Assembly: GCA_026016225.1 (NCBI GenBank)
Contig: CP061210.1
Span: forward strand, 593,131 to 657,130
Direction: 5' to 3'
Length of the DNA: 64,000 bases
From: Candidatus Nealsonbacteria bacterium
Lineage (GTDB): Bacteria > Patescibacteriota > Minisyncoccia > Minisyncoccales > JANBVM01
The notes under the pieces are model-generated. The model made no database searches. It was given only the letters and a program-made list of their open reading frames with translations, and was not told where the DNA came from. The position numbers were made by a program, and so were the translations under genes. Positions within the stretch are counted from its first letter, which is position 1. Each line of letters opens with the position of its first letter. Shown here piece after piece: positions 25,669 to 35,536 of this stretch.

Positions 25669-27483
25669 TTATTCAAGAATTGCTCGAATTCTTCTTATCC
25701 CGGCTCCTGCTGACTCTTCTTTTACAATTTTAAAATGCCCTAATTCCCCTGTACTATTTTCATGGGGCCCGGCACAAATCTCTTTTGAAAAAATTTTTCC
25801 TCCAGACTCCCTAATAGAATATACCGTCACCCTATCAGGGTATTTATCTTTGAAAAAAGCCAGGGCTCCTGATTTTACGGCTGTTTGATAGGGCAATTCC
25901 TCTTTTATAACCTCTAAATCTTCTTTTATTTTCTGGTTAACCAAGTCTTGAACTCTTTTAAGTTCTTTATCTGTTAATTTTTGAGGGTGAGAAAAATCAA
26001 ACCTTAAACGTTGAGGGGTAATATCAGAACCCATCTGCTTTACATGAAAGCCTAAAACATTCCTTAAGGCTTGATGAAGTAAATGAGTAGCAGTGTGAAG
26101 TTTTGTAGCTGTATAAGTAGCTTCCTTGCCAATTCCACCAAATTTCTTTTCAACCCCTGCCCTTGAAATCTCCTGATGTTTCTTAAATTCCTCTTTAAAT
26201 CCTTTTTTATCAACCTTTATCCCCTTTTCTTTAGCTAACTCCTCGCTTAATTCCAGAGGGAATCCATAAGTATCGTAAAGATGGAAAGCATCACTGCCTG
26301 AAATATTTCCTTTTGATGAGATTTTTTTAAACTGTTTCAAACCCTTTTTTAAGGTCTTCTCAAATCTTTCTTCTTCTCTTTGAATTACGGTTAAACTATC
26401 TGTTTGTTTAGATTTTACTTCAGGATATACATCTTTGTAAATTTCAATCACTTTTTTGGCTAAAGGAACCAAGAAATTATTTGGCAAATTGAGCACTTTT
26501 CCAAATCTTATTGCTCTTCTTAAAATGCGTCTCAAGATATATCCTTGCTCCACGTTTGATGGAAGAACTCCATCAGCTGTTAGAAAAACAATTGACCTGA
26601 TGTGGTCAGCCAAAATTCTAAAAATTCTCTTTTCTTCCTTTAATTCCTTTAATTCCTCATATTTTTTAGAAGAGATTCTTTCAAGTTCCTGAATCACTGG
26701 CAAAAATAAATCTGTTTCATAAGCTGAACTTTTGTGCTGTAAAAGAGCTGCCAACCTTTCAAAACCTACTCCTGTGTCTACATTTTTTTGAGAAAGAAGT
26801 TTATAACTTCCATCCTCATCTTTAAAATATTCCATAAAAACTAAATTCCATAATTCTACAAAACGCTTGCAATTGCCGCAATTAGGACCGCATTCAACTG
26901 CCCCACAACCAAATGACTCACCTCTATCATAAAAGATTTCTGAACAAGGTCCGCAGGGACCCCTTTTCCCAACCGGTCCCCAAAAATTATCTTTTATTCC
27001 AAATTCTCTTATTCTTTCTTCTGGAATTCGGTTTTCTTGCCAGATTCTCTTTAACTCTTCATCTTTAGGTATGTTCTTCTCGCCTTTAAAAACAGTTGTC
27101 CAAAGTCTATTTTTATCTAAACCTAAAACATCCACGAAAAATTCTAAAGCATATTTAACAGCCCCTTCTTTGAAATAACCTTTCTCTGCATCTTGCCCAA
27201 TCGACCAATTCCCTAACATTTCAAAAAAAGTATGATGAGTATCATCTCCCACCTTATCAATATCGTCCGTTCTAAAACATTTCTGGCAAGAAGCCAAATG
27301 TCTCCGACCAAAATCTACGATAGGGTCTTTTTCTCCTTGTAAATATAAAGTAAATTGCTGCATTCCAGCTGTAGTAAATAAAACTGTTGTATCTTCTGGC
27401 AATAATGAAGAAGAAGGCACAATTTTATGCCCCTTTTTCCTAAAGAAGTTTAAGAATTTTTTTCTTATCTCTTTTGAAATCAT
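25669..27483 (-). CDS. alaS: alanine--tRNA ligase, short form without the C-Ala domain
   Basis: The catalytic core (FFRKKGHKIVPSSSL, WGPVGKRGPCGPCSEIFYD) and the editing-domain motifs HTATHLLHQALR and CAGPH are present. Length is 604 aa versus roughly 870 aa for typical AlaRS. Confidence 0.9.
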   Translation of the reverse strand: MISKEIRKKFLNFFRKKGHKIVPSSSLLPEDTTVLFTTAGMQQFTLYLQGEKDPIVDFGRRHLASCQKCFRTDDIDKVGDDTHHTFFEMLGNWSIGQDAEKGYFKEGAVKYALEFFVDVLGLDKNRLWTTVFKGEKNIPKDEELKRIWQENRIPEERIREFGIKDNFWGPVGKRGPCGPCSEIFYDRGESFGCGAVECGPNCGNCKRFVELWNLVFMEYFKDEDGSYKLLSQKNVDTGVGFERLAALLQHKSSAYETDLFLPVIQELERISSKKYEELKELKEEKRIFRILADHIRSIVFLTADGVLPSNVEQGYILRRILRRAIRFGKVLNLPNNFLVPLAKKVIEIYKDVYPEVKSKQTDSLTVIQREEERFEKTLKKGLKQFKKISSKGNISGSDAFHLYDTYGFPLELSEELAKEKGIKVDKKGFKEEFKKHQEISRAGVEKKFGGIGKEATYTATKLHTATHLLHQALRNVLGFHVKQMGSDITPQRLRFDFSHPQKLTDKELKRVQDLVNQKIKEDLEVIKEELPYQTAVKSGALAFFKDKYPDRVTVYSIRESGGKIFSKEICAGPHENSTGELGHFKIVKEESAGAGIRRIRAILE

Positions 27484-27507
27484 TACCTAAATTTCAAAGT
27501 TAAAAGT

Positions 27508-28056
27508 TTAAGCGTATCTATCTGCTACCGACGAAGCGACATATGCTTCGGGTTTTATTTTTGGCTCAAAACCATTTCCTCTAATCAATCCAACTACTTC
27601 TTTTATCATATCTTTCGTGCCTCCATTTTCTCCTATATCAGCGTGAATATAGCAAAATCTATAATTATAATTTTTATCTTTAGTCTCAATTCTTTTTTCA
27701 AGTTTTTCTTTAAAAAGAAGGGCCAATTTACAAGATAACAAAACCTCTTCTAATATTCTCTCCTTCCATGAGTAAAATTTTCGATTTTTATAGCTAATTT
27801 TTTTAAGAAAAAATCTTCCTCCTTCTCCCATTTTCAAAACAACAATTGCCACCGGGAAATTAGGAACTTTCTCAGAAGAAGAATCACAACCAATAATGAT
27901 ATCATAAAAATTATCAGTTTCAGATTCTATGTAAGCTAAAATCTCATCAATGACTTGATCTAATTTTAAGCTCCCTTTAGTGGGGTTATAAAAATAACCT
28001 CCAAAAACAGGATTTTTTTTCTCAGAAGATAAACGAGATTGCATGATATCTTTCAT
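27508..28056 (-). CDS. DUF458/YkuK-like RNase H-fold protein
   Basis: IIIGCDSS...VAIVVL...IHADIGENGGTKDMIKEVVGLIRGNGFEPKIKPEAYVASSVADRYA closely parallels my recollection of B. subtilis YkuK. Confidence 0.55.
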   Translation of the reverse strand: MKDIMQSRLSSEKKNPVFGGYFYNPTKGSLKLDQVIDEILAYIESETDNFYDIIIGCDSSSEKVPNFPVAIVVLKMGEGGRFFLKKISYKNRKFYSWKERILEEVLLSCKLALLFKEKLEKRIETKDKNYNYRFCYIHADIGENGGTKDMIKEVVGLIRGNGFEPKIKPEAYVASSVADRYA

Positions 28057-28125
28057 ATACTTAATATAACAAAAAAATATAAAAAATCAACCCTTCGGCA
28101 AGCTCAGGGCAAGACTCTTCGGGAT

Positions 28126-28148
28126 AAAAAAAAAGGGTTAAACCCTTT
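28126..28148 (-). terminator. intrinsic terminator after the small membrane-protein gene
   Basis: Minus strand reads AAAGGGUU-u-AACCCUUU followed by U9, about 17 nt after the stop at 28165. Confidence 0.65.
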
Positions 28149-28164
28149 AAAACTTTTTTGATTA

Positions 28165-28377
28165 TTAAAAATAGTTATCATAAAGTACGATAACAAACGC
28201 CGTAAGCAATACCATCCCTAATAAACCTCCCCAGTAAAATATATATTGTAGAATATATCCTTCGAACATAAAAGCACCAAGAATCCCAAGTCCTACCCAT
28301 AGCAATATGAAGGGAAATATTATCAAAAGGTAAATGCCCAAAAACTCTAATACAGTTCTTTCTTTCATTTTAATCAT
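28165..28377 (-). CDS. small hypothetical membrane protein (two TM helices)
   Basis: 70-aa hydrophobic ORF followed by a strong terminator. Confidence 0.4.
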   Translation of the reverse strand: MIKMKERTVLEFLGIYLLIIFPFILLWVGLGILGAFMFEGYILQYIFYWGGLLGMVLLTAFVIVLYDNYF

Positions 28378-28433
28378 CTGTAATTATTTAATTTAGAATT
28401 ACTAATTATTTAATAGCAAAATTAAAATATTTG

Positions 28434-29156
28434 TCAATAGTTACTTTTAGATAATAGTTTAACTATCTTAATAAATTCTTTTGGTTTTAAAGAAGCTCCT
28501 CCAATTAAAAGACCTTGAAATTTGGATTCTTTAATATAACCTAAGGCATTTTGAGAATTAACACTGCCACCGTATAAAACAGGATGTTTCTTTCCTAAAA
28601 CCTTTTTAATTGAAAGATTGAATCTTTTGGCCTGGGAAAAACTACAGGCTTTTCCAGTTCCAATCGCCCATATTGGTTCGTAAGCCACAATTATCTTTTT
28701 AATTTGGCTTTTTAAAATTCCCTTAATACCTCTTTTAATTTGAGAAATCTCATCAATGCATAAAATAGGTCTTAAATTTTGTTTAAGGACTGCTTTTAGC
28801 TTCTTATTAATTTCTGCGTCTTTTTCTAAGAAATGACTTCGTCTTTCAGAATGACCAATAATTACGTATTTACAACCCAAATCCGTAAGCATCAAAGGAG
28901 ATATCTCTCCTGTAAAAGCGCCTCTTTCTTCCCGGAAACAATTCTGTGAGCCGAAGGCGAGTCCTCCGTAGCTCGCCCTGCGGCGAGCGGAGGAGGGAGC
29001 TCCCAATAAAGATAGATAAACAAAAGGTGGACAAATTACTACTTCTGCATTTTTGACATCTTCAATCCCTCTTCTTATTGAATTGAAAAGATTACTTGCT
29101 TTTTTTAAGCTTGTTGGATTACATTTCCAATTACCTATAATGAAAATTTTATCCAT
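28434..29156 (-). CDS. tpiA: triosephosphate isomerase
   Basis: GNWKCN, GHSERR, AYEPIWAIGTG and GGASLK motifs. It contains a GC-rich palindromic patch at 28947-29003. Confidence 0.88.
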   Translation of the reverse strand: MDKIFIIGNWKCNPTSLKKASNLFNSIRRGIEDVKNAEVVICPPFVYLSLLGAPSSARRRASYGGLAFGSQNCFREERGAFTGEISPLMLTDLGCKYVIIGHSERRSHFLEKDAEINKKLKAVLKQNLRPILCIDEISQIKRGIKGILKSQIKKIIVAYEPIWAIGTGKACSFSQAKRFNLSIKKVLGKKHPVLYGGSVNSQNALGYIKESKFQGLLIGGASLKPKEFIKIVKLLSKSNY

Positions 29157-29160
29157 GGTT

Positions 29161-30228
29161 TCATTTTAATTTTATTTGTTTCTTCAAATATTTTGCTGCT
29201 TTTTCCGGCTCAATAGTAGAAATTTCCATCCTCGTCCCTATTTCAAAACCTGCAAAAATAGCTGTTTTTGGCAAAATTGTCCAGTGCCAGTGATAGTGAG
29301 GATGGCTTTTGCCGTCACAGGGAGCTGTATGTAAATAAAAATTATAAGCCGGGTCTGATAACCCTTTATACAAAGCCCGCATGGATGCTCTAAAGGCTTC
29401 TGCTAAATACCATTTTTCTTCTTCATTAGTTCTTTCAAAATATACTGAGTGCTGTTTTGGAGAAACAATAACTTGAAAAGCTGCTTTTGAAGCAAAGGGA
29501 CAGATTGCTAAGAAATATTTATTTTCAAAAATAACCCTCTTTCTAACTTTTCTCTCCCAATTATTCATTTCACAATAAATACATTTTTTATTCTTTTTAA
29601 AATACCTTTCAGAGTTTAAAAGGGCATTCTTTAAATCAATATCAATTAAAGGAGTGGTTATGATTTGGGAATGGGGATGAGGTTGAGAAGCCCCAGCTTC
29701 AACTCCATGATTGTGAAAAATTGAAACATAATTGACAAATCTTTTGTTCATTAAACTCAAATATCTTTCTTGATAAACATCAAATACTTCTTTTACCCGC
29801 CCTGTATTAAAATGAGGAAAGTGTTTCTGATGGTCTTTTGTTATGACCAATTCACAAAAACCAACAGCATTCATTGTTTGATAAAATTTCCCTTCTCTCT
29901 TTTTCTTCAGTTTTGAATAAGGGAGTAAAGCGGGATATTTGTTGGGAATAACAAGGGTAGACCATTCTTCTGGAAACTCACCTTTTTTGAAAAAAACTTT
30001 TTTACCTTTAAAATAAACTAAAACCGGAGGCTCTTGAGTTTCAGTATTGCAAAAAGGACAATCTTTTCTGAGCATCTTAATTTCTGTCCTTTTCTTTTTT
30101 TTGAAAGCTTCGGGTCTCTTTCCCCTGCCAGTCGCTATCACTACCCAATCTTTTGAAACTAAATCAAACCTTAGCTCTGATGGAAATTTTATCCCGGACC
30201 TTAAATGTTTTTTCTTATCTTTTTTCAT
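29161..30228 (-). CDS. galT: galactose-1-phosphate uridylyltransferase (HIT superfamily)
   Basis: CPFC zinc site and the active-site motif HPHSQI. Confidence 0.7.
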   Translation of the reverse strand: MKKDKKKHLRSGIKFPSELRFDLVSKDWVVIATGRGKRPEAFKKKKRTEIKMLRKDCPFCNTETQEPPVLVYFKGKKVFFKKGEFPEEWSTLVIPNKYPALLPYSKLKKKREGKFYQTMNAVGFCELVITKDHQKHFPHFNTGRVKEVFDVYQERYLSLMNKRFVNYVSIFHNHGVEAGASQPHPHSQIITTPLIDIDLKNALLNSERYFKKNKKCIYCEMNNWERKVRKRVIFENKYFLAICPFASKAAFQVIVSPKQHSVYFERTNEEEKWYLAEAFRASMRALYKGLSDPAYNFYLHTAPCDGKSHPHYHWHWTILPKTAIFAGFEIGTRMEISTIEPEKAAKYLKKQIKLK

Positions 30229-30952
30229 ATAAACTCTTGAACATATTTAATCTTATTTTAAATAAATCTTTTCCCATTCTGAACATACTTTTTATTTTCA
30301 CTTTGCTTTCTGGATCATTTATCCAGGTAACAGGAATTTCTTTTATTTTATATCCCATTTTTTTAGCGATGACCAATATCTCGGGGTCAAAAGCAAAACG
30401 GTCAATTATGCACTTAGGAAAAATATCTTCTGCAGCTTTTTTTGTAAATCCTTTAAATCCACACTGTGTATCCCAGATTCCCCAAAGACCACAAACAACC
30501 TGAACCATTAAATTAAAAACATCTCCTATTCTTCTTCTTAGCCAAGTTTGAGGAACAGAAAGCACAGCACCTTTTATGTCTCTGGAACCTATGACAACAT
30601 CATATCCTTTCTTAAATTCTGGCCACATTTTTTCTACCTGGTCAATGGAGGTTGAATTATCAGCATCTGTAAAAACCCTGTATTTTCCCCTGGCTGTTAA
30701 CATTCCCTGTCTTACAACATAACCCTTACCGTGATTTTCTTTGTTATCAACCAGTCTTAAATTCTCAATTTCATAAGATAGTTCTTTGACAACTTGAGCT
30801 GTGTTATCTTTTGAACCATCATTAACTAGCAAAATTTCCCAATTATAAGATTGGGTTCTCAAATACTTTGCAATCTCTCGTAAAGTTTTATGTAACCGCT
30901 TTTCCTCATTATAAGCAGGAATAATAACTGAAAGATGAATTTCTAGAAACAT
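30215..30952 (-). CDS. family 2 glycosyltransferase (dolichyl-phosphate hexosyltransferase-like)
   Basis: SVIIPAYNEE...LVNDGSKDNT...FTDADNS, the GT-A DxD pattern. Confidence 0.75.
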   Translation of the reverse strand: MFLEIHLSVIIPAYNEEKRLHKTLREIAKYLRTQSYNWEILLVNDGSKDNTAQVVKELSYEIENLRLVDNKENHGKGYVVRQGMLTARGKYRVFTDADNSTSIDQVEKMWPEFKKGYDVVIGSRDIKGAVLSVPQTWLRRRIGDVFNLMVQVVCGLWGIWDTQCGFKGFTKKAAEDIFPKCIIDRFAFDPEILVIAKKMGYKIKEIPVTWINDPESKVKIKSMFRMGKDLFKIRLNMFKSLYEKR

Positions 30953-31054
30953 TTTTTCATTTTATCACAATTTCAAAATAAATAAAAAAGAGGCCTCAGC
31001 CTCAGAAAAGATTGAAAAGAACTTTTAGAAAAGACACTTCACTCGAGATATGTC

Positions 31055-31378
31055 TCATATTATGAATATAAAACCGCACTTACAAGCTTTAACAAAAGGA
31101 ACTAAAGTCTTTTTTTCTTCACCAGATAAAAGTCTAAGAGCTACAATATGTATTTTTTTGCTTCTGTTCCTGCAAAAATTGTGATGAATCTCCATCCACG
31201 TCATCTCCCCCACTCTCTGTTTTTCTTCTGGTTTTAACTGTTGAAGAAAATTTTTAAAATATTTCTTCTTAGTCTCAGCAATTTCAGAATCTAAGTCTTT
31301 AAAAGAACTCTCGAACTTCTTCATTAGCTGATCTATTTCCAAATCTTTTTCCTCCATTACTTCTGTAATTTCTGGCAT
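31055..31378 (-). CDS. hypothetical protein
   Basis: 107-aa ORF followed by the hairpin GAGGC-cuca-GCCUC plus a U-run at about 30995-31015. I recognise no family. Confidence 0.35.
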   Translation of the reverse strand: MPEITEVMEEKDLEIDQLMKKFESSFKDLDSEIAETKKKYFKNFLQQLKPEEKQRVGEMTWMEIHHNFCRNRSKKIHIVALRLLSGEEKKTLVPFVKACKCGFIFII

Positions 31379-31407
31379 TTCATTCCACCAACTTTCATTA
31401 TATCTTA

Positions 31408-32157
31408 TTACTCAAATTTTGTTAATATCTGACAACCCTTTTTGGTTACAATTAATGTATGTTCAAAATGTGCTGATAAAGAACCGTCTTTTGTTTCAAG
31501 GCCGAATCCATCTTTTGATTTTTTAATCTCATATCCTCTCATTGTTAACATTGGCTCTAAACAAAAACACATACCTTCTTTAATCTTAGGCCCAGTCCTT
31601 CTTTTACCATAATTTAATATCTGAGGTTCTTCATGTAATTTTCTCCCAATTCCATGACCGCAAAGCTCTTTTACAACATTAAAACCCTGGTTTTCTGCGT
31701 ATCTCTGAATTGTATTTGAAATATCACCAAAAGTATTTCCAATACGTGCCTTTTTAATTCCTCTCTTTAAGGCTTTTTTTGTAGCTCTTAAAAGCCTCCT
31801 CACTTCGGGTTTAATATCTCCTACAGGTAAGGTAATTGCCATATCACTATGAAAACCATTATAAAAAATACCTAAATCTAAAGATATTATATCTCCTTCT
31901 TTCAAAACCCTTTTAGAAGGTAAAGCATGAACAATCTCTTCGTTTATTGAAGTACATAAAGCAGCCGGATATCCTTCATATCCCTTAAAGGAAGGTTTTA
32001 CTTTGTATTTAAAAATTAGACTCTCTGTGAGTCTATCTAATTCTTTGGTGGTAATTCCGGGCGTTATTCTTTTCTCTAATTCTTTCATTATCTGAGCTAA
32101 AATCTTACCACCTTCTGACATTATTTTGATTTCTTCCTCTGTTTTTATAGGAATCAT
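31408..32157 (-). CDS. map: type I methionine aminopeptidase
   Basis: Metal ligand pattern (DIISLDLG, HSDMA, CGHGIG, LEPM, HFEHT). Confidence 0.92.
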   Translation of the reverse strand: MIPIKTEEEIKIMSEGGKILAQIMKELEKRITPGITTKELDRLTESLIFKYKVKPSFKGYEGYPAALCTSINEEIVHALPSKRVLKEGDIISLDLGIFYNGFHSDMAITLPVGDIKPEVRRLLRATKKALKRGIKKARIGNTFGDISNTIQRYAENQGFNVVKELCGHGIGRKLHEEPQILNYGKRRTGPKIKEGMCFCLEPMLTMRGYEIKKSKDGFGLETKDGSLSAHFEHTLIVTKKGCQILTKFE

Positions 32158-32834
32158 TTCACAACTTTTAAGACATCTTTAAAAACATCTTCAATACTCT
32201 GTTCACCATTGATTTTTATTAATTCTCCTCTCTTTTGGTAATATCTGACTGCAGGTTTTACATCTGTCTTGTACCATGCAAGTCTTTTTTTAACCCCCTC
32301 TATTGAGTCATCCCTTCTAGTAAATAAATCTCCTCCACATTTGTCACATTTTTTAAGTTTTTTAAACTCACCAATAAAAGGGATAATCCTCCCACATTCT
32401 CTGCACATTCTTCTCTTGGTTAATCTCTTAATAACTTCTCTTTGAGAAATTTCTATAAGGAGAACTCTTTTGTTTTTTGTCCATCCATACCATCCCAGAG
32501 CCTGTTCTACCATTTCCGCTTCCAAATCAGTTCTAGGGCTTCCATCTATAATTATCCCTTTGAATCCCTCCTTTTTCTTAAACTTTTCAAATTCATCCAT
32601 CCATATTTTAAAGATAACTGGCGTTGGAACTCTTTTCCCCTGGTCAATTTCTTTACTAATTTTAATCCCGGTAAAATCTTTTTTCTTTTTCCTAGCTCTT
32701 AATAAATCTCCACTTCCAACATATTCCAGACCAAATTTCTTTTTCAAAAGTTTTGCTTGAGTTCCCTTTCCTGAACCCGGAGGTCCTAAAATAATAATGA
32801 CTTTTTTATTTTTTATTTTTCTAAAATGTATCAT
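32154..32834 (-). CDS. adk: adenylate kinase with zinc-lid
   Basis: GPPGSGKGTQA P-loop, DGSPRT, and lid CRECGRI...CDKCGGDL. Confidence 0.92.
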   Translation of the reverse strand: MIHFRKIKNKKVIIILGPPGSGKGTQAKLLKKKFGLEYVGSGDLLRARKKKKDFTGIKISKEIDQGKRVPTPVIFKIWMDEFEKFKKKEGFKGIIIDGSPRTDLEAEMVEQALGWYGWTKNKRVLLIEISQREVIKRLTKRRMCRECGRIIPFIGEFKKLKKCDKCGGDLFTRRDDSIEGVKKRLAWYKTDVKPAVRYYQKRGELIKINGEQSIEDVFKDVLKVVK

Positions 32835-34104
32835 ACTCTCTCATTTCTAATTGAGCTTGTATTTGCTTTATTGTTTCCAAAACTACCGAAACAATAATTA
32901 TGATTGAGGTTCCCCCAATCAAGAAACTAAAAGCAGTAATTTTCGTCATGCCTTGAATAATTGAAGGCATTAAGGCGATTAAAGCTAAAAACAAAGCTCC
33001 AATAGGTAAAATTCGATTTAATATAAAGTTTAAGTATTTAGCAGTGGATTTGCCGGGTCGAATACCGGGAACAAAACCGCCCATTTTTTTCAAGTTTTCT
33101 GCCACTGAATCTGGTTCAAAAGTAATAAGAGTATAAAAATAAGTAAAAAGGAAAATTAAAATAAAATATAAAATCCCGTAAAGCCAGGGGTTGTTAAAAA
33201 AATCTATAATCCCTTGAGCTGCTATACCCCAAAAACCTTCAGAACCTAATAAGAAATTAGCAATCATTGAAGGGAAAGTCAAAATCGATAAAGCAAAAAT
33301 AATTGGAATTACTCCAGCCGGATTAACACTTAAAGGCAGGTAAGTGGAAGCTCCTCCATAAACCATTCTTCCTCTCACCCTTTTTGCATAAGAAACTGGA
33401 ATATTTCTCCTTGCTTCGTTAATAATAGTAACTCCTGCAATAATAAGCAAAGAAGCAGCAAAGAAAACCAAAATTAAATAAAAAGGGATTTTTCCTTCCT
33501 GAAAAATAGCGATTAGCTGACCTAAGTTTCTAGGAAAATCAGCAATAATCCCTGCAAAAATTAAAAGGGATACACCGTTTCCAATCCCTTTTTCTGAAAT
33601 TAATTCTCCCAACCACATTAAAAAGATACTTCCAGCTGTAACGGTAACAATAGAACTTATTTTAGCTAAAGGACTAATTTCTCCAATCAATCCCTGACGA
33701 GAAAATAAAGTAAGCATTCCAAAAGATTGAAGAATGGCTAAAGGCATTGTTAAAATTCTTCCGTATTGTTCAAACTTCCTTCTACCTTCTTCTCCTTCTT
33801 CTTTATACATTTCTTCAAGTTTAGGAAATATCATTGTTAGCAACTGAAGAATAATTGTGGCTGTAATATAAGGACCTAGTCCCAGCATAATAATAGAAAA
33901 TCTTTCAAGTGCACCACCCGTAAAGATATTCATAAGACCCAGTAGTTGAAATTGTCCAAAAAACTCCTTTATTTTCGCAGGATCAATCCCTGGAATAGGA
34001 ATATTAGCCATTACTCGAAAAATAACAAAGATACCCAAAACAAAAAGAATTTTATTCCTTAAATCTTTCGCTTTAAATATTTGGATAATTGCGTTATACC
34101 ACAT
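32821..34104 (-). CDS. secY: preprotein translocase subunit SecY
   Basis: A 10-TM protein with typical SecY segments (GIDPAKI, GELISEKGIGNGVSLLIFAGI). The ATG at 34104 (MWYNAII) is preferred because the track start overlaps rplO. Confidence 0.92.
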   Translation of the reverse strand: MWYNAIIQIFKAKDLRNKILFVLGIFVIFRVMANIPIPGIDPAKIKEFFGQFQLLGLMNIFTGGALERFSIIMLGLGPYITATIILQLLTMIFPKLEEMYKEEGEEGRRKFEQYGRILTMPLAILQSFGMLTLFSRQGLIGEISPLAKISSIVTVTAGSIFLMWLGELISEKGIGNGVSLLIFAGIIADFPRNLGQLIAIFQEGKIPFYLILVFFAASLLIIAGVTIINEARRNIPVSYAKRVRGRMVYGGASTYLPLSVNPAGVIPIIFALSILTFPSMIANFLLGSEGFWGIAAQGIIDFFNNPWLYGILYFILIFLFTYFYTLITFEPDSVAENLKKMGGFVPGIRPGKSTAKYLNFILNRILPIGALFLALIALMPSIIQGMTKITAFSFLIGGTSIIIIVSVVLETIKQIQAQLEMREYDTF

Positions 34105-34115
34105 TTCAATTGCTT

Positions 34116-34550
34116 TTATGATTTTATTTCTCCTCCTGCTTTCTTTATTTTCTCTTTGGCTTTTTCTGAAAGCTGACATCCTTTAACTATCAACTTTTTA
34201 GTCAAATTACCTTGTGCCAAAATTTTTACTTCTGGCAACATTCCTTTTATTTTACGGATTAATCTCTTTTCAATCAATACCTGAGGTGAAATTAAATCTC
34301 CCTTTTTAAAAACTTTATCTAAATCTTTGATGTTAATAATGGCTGGTTTTTTCTTTCTTGATTTAAACCTATACCCTCTAAGTTTAGGATATTTTTTAAT
34401 CAACTGCCGAATCGGAGGCACCATTTTTCGGCCTGCCCTTGTTTTTTGTCCTTTTATTCCCCGGCCAGAATAAGTACCTCTTTTACCGCCACGTCCGATT
34501 CGCTTCTGCTTTTTCCTTTTATGAATTGATTTTAATTGGTGTAATTGCAT
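34116..34550 (-). CDS. rplO: 50S ribosomal protein L15
   Basis: MQLHQLKS...KRIGRGGKRGTYSGRGIKGQK. The ATG at 34550 is preferred. Confidence 0.92.
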   Translation of the reverse strand: MQLHQLKSIHKRKKQKRIGRGGKRGTYSGRGIKGQKTRAGRKMVPPIRQLIKKYPKLRGYRFKSRKKKPAIINIKDLDKVFKKGDLISPQVLIEKRLIRKIKGMLPEVKILAQGNLTKKLIVKGCQLSEKAKEKIKKAGGEIKS

Positions 34551-34576
34551 AGTGGTAACACTTATTTTCATTTTCC

Positions 34577-35059
34577 TTATTGCCTGTCTTTTCTTACTTT
34601 CAATCTCTTCAATGCCTCAATCATTGCCTTAGCATTATTTAACTTATTGCTTGTTGCTCCCAAAATCTTAGAAGATATATTTTTTATTCCAGCTAAAGTA
34701 CAGATAATTCTTACTGTTCCCCCGGCTACCAATCCTCTTCCTTTTCTCTGGGGTTTTAAAAGTATTTTAGCTGCCCCAAATTTAGCTTCAACCTGATGAG
34801 GAATGGTGTCTTCGACAATCGGTATTTCAATTAAATTCTTCTTAGACAATCTAGTTGCTTTCTCAATAGCTTTGGCAACGTCTGAACCTGAAGCTACTCC
34901 TACTCCTACTTTCCCTTGCTTATCTCCCACCACCATCACTGCTCTAAATCTTAGTTTTCTACCTCCTTCCCGGGTATGAGAAACGCGGGCTAAATCTAAA
35001 AGCTTTGATTCAAACTCATCTTTATCTCTCTGGAATCTATCTATTCTTTTATTTCTCAT
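34577..35059 (-). CDS. rpsE: 30S ribosomal protein S5
   Basis: RVSHTREGGRKLRFRAVMVVGD...GRGLVAGGTVR. Confidence 0.93.
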   Translation of the reverse strand: MRNKRIDRFQRDKDEFESKLLDLARVSHTREGGRKLRFRAVMVVGDKQGKVGVGVASGSDVAKAIEKATRLSKKNLIEIPIVEDTIPHQVEAKFGAAKILLKPQRKGRGLVAGGTVRIICTLAGIKNISSKILGATSNKLNNAKAMIEALKRLKVRKDRQ

Positions 35060-35088
35060 TTTATTAAATCTTAACTATTTTTTTAATA

Positions 35089-35490
35089 TTAAAATTTTAG
35101 TTCTCCTGCTCGAGCTCCCTCTGCTAATGATTTTACTCTTCCATGATATTTATATCCTCCCCTATCAAAAACAATCTCCTTAATCTTTAACTCTTTGGCT
35201 TTTTGGGCGATTAATTTACCAACTTCAAATGCTGGGGCTAATTTACCTGAAAATTCTTCCTTGCCCGCCGTAGCTTTCTTTATCGACTTCTTACTCTTCT
35301 TTACTACATTCAACTCCAAATCATTAGCTGAAGCAATAATCCTATTTCTTTCATCATCAATTAATTGAGCGTATATATGTTTGTTTGAACGAAAAACACA
35401 AAGACGGGGTCTCTTTGCTGTACCAGAAATTTTACCTCTTACTCTCTTATGTCGTCTATATTTTTTTCTTCTTTTCCCCTTTACATTCAT
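35089..35490 (-). CDS. rplR: 50S ribosomal protein L18
   Basis: [20 protein letters not shown]...[25 protein letters not shown]. Confidence 0.93.
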   Translation of the reverse strand: MNVKGKRRKKYRRHKRVRGKISGTAKRPRLCVFRSNKHIYAQLIDDERNRIIASANDLELNVVKKSKKSIKKATAGKEEFSGKLAPAFEVGKLIAQKAKELKIKEIVFDRGGYKYHGRVKSLAEGARAGELKF

Positions 35491-35536
35491 AGATTAATTA
35501 TTGTCTTTTAACATTTATTTTTGCGAATAATATTTT

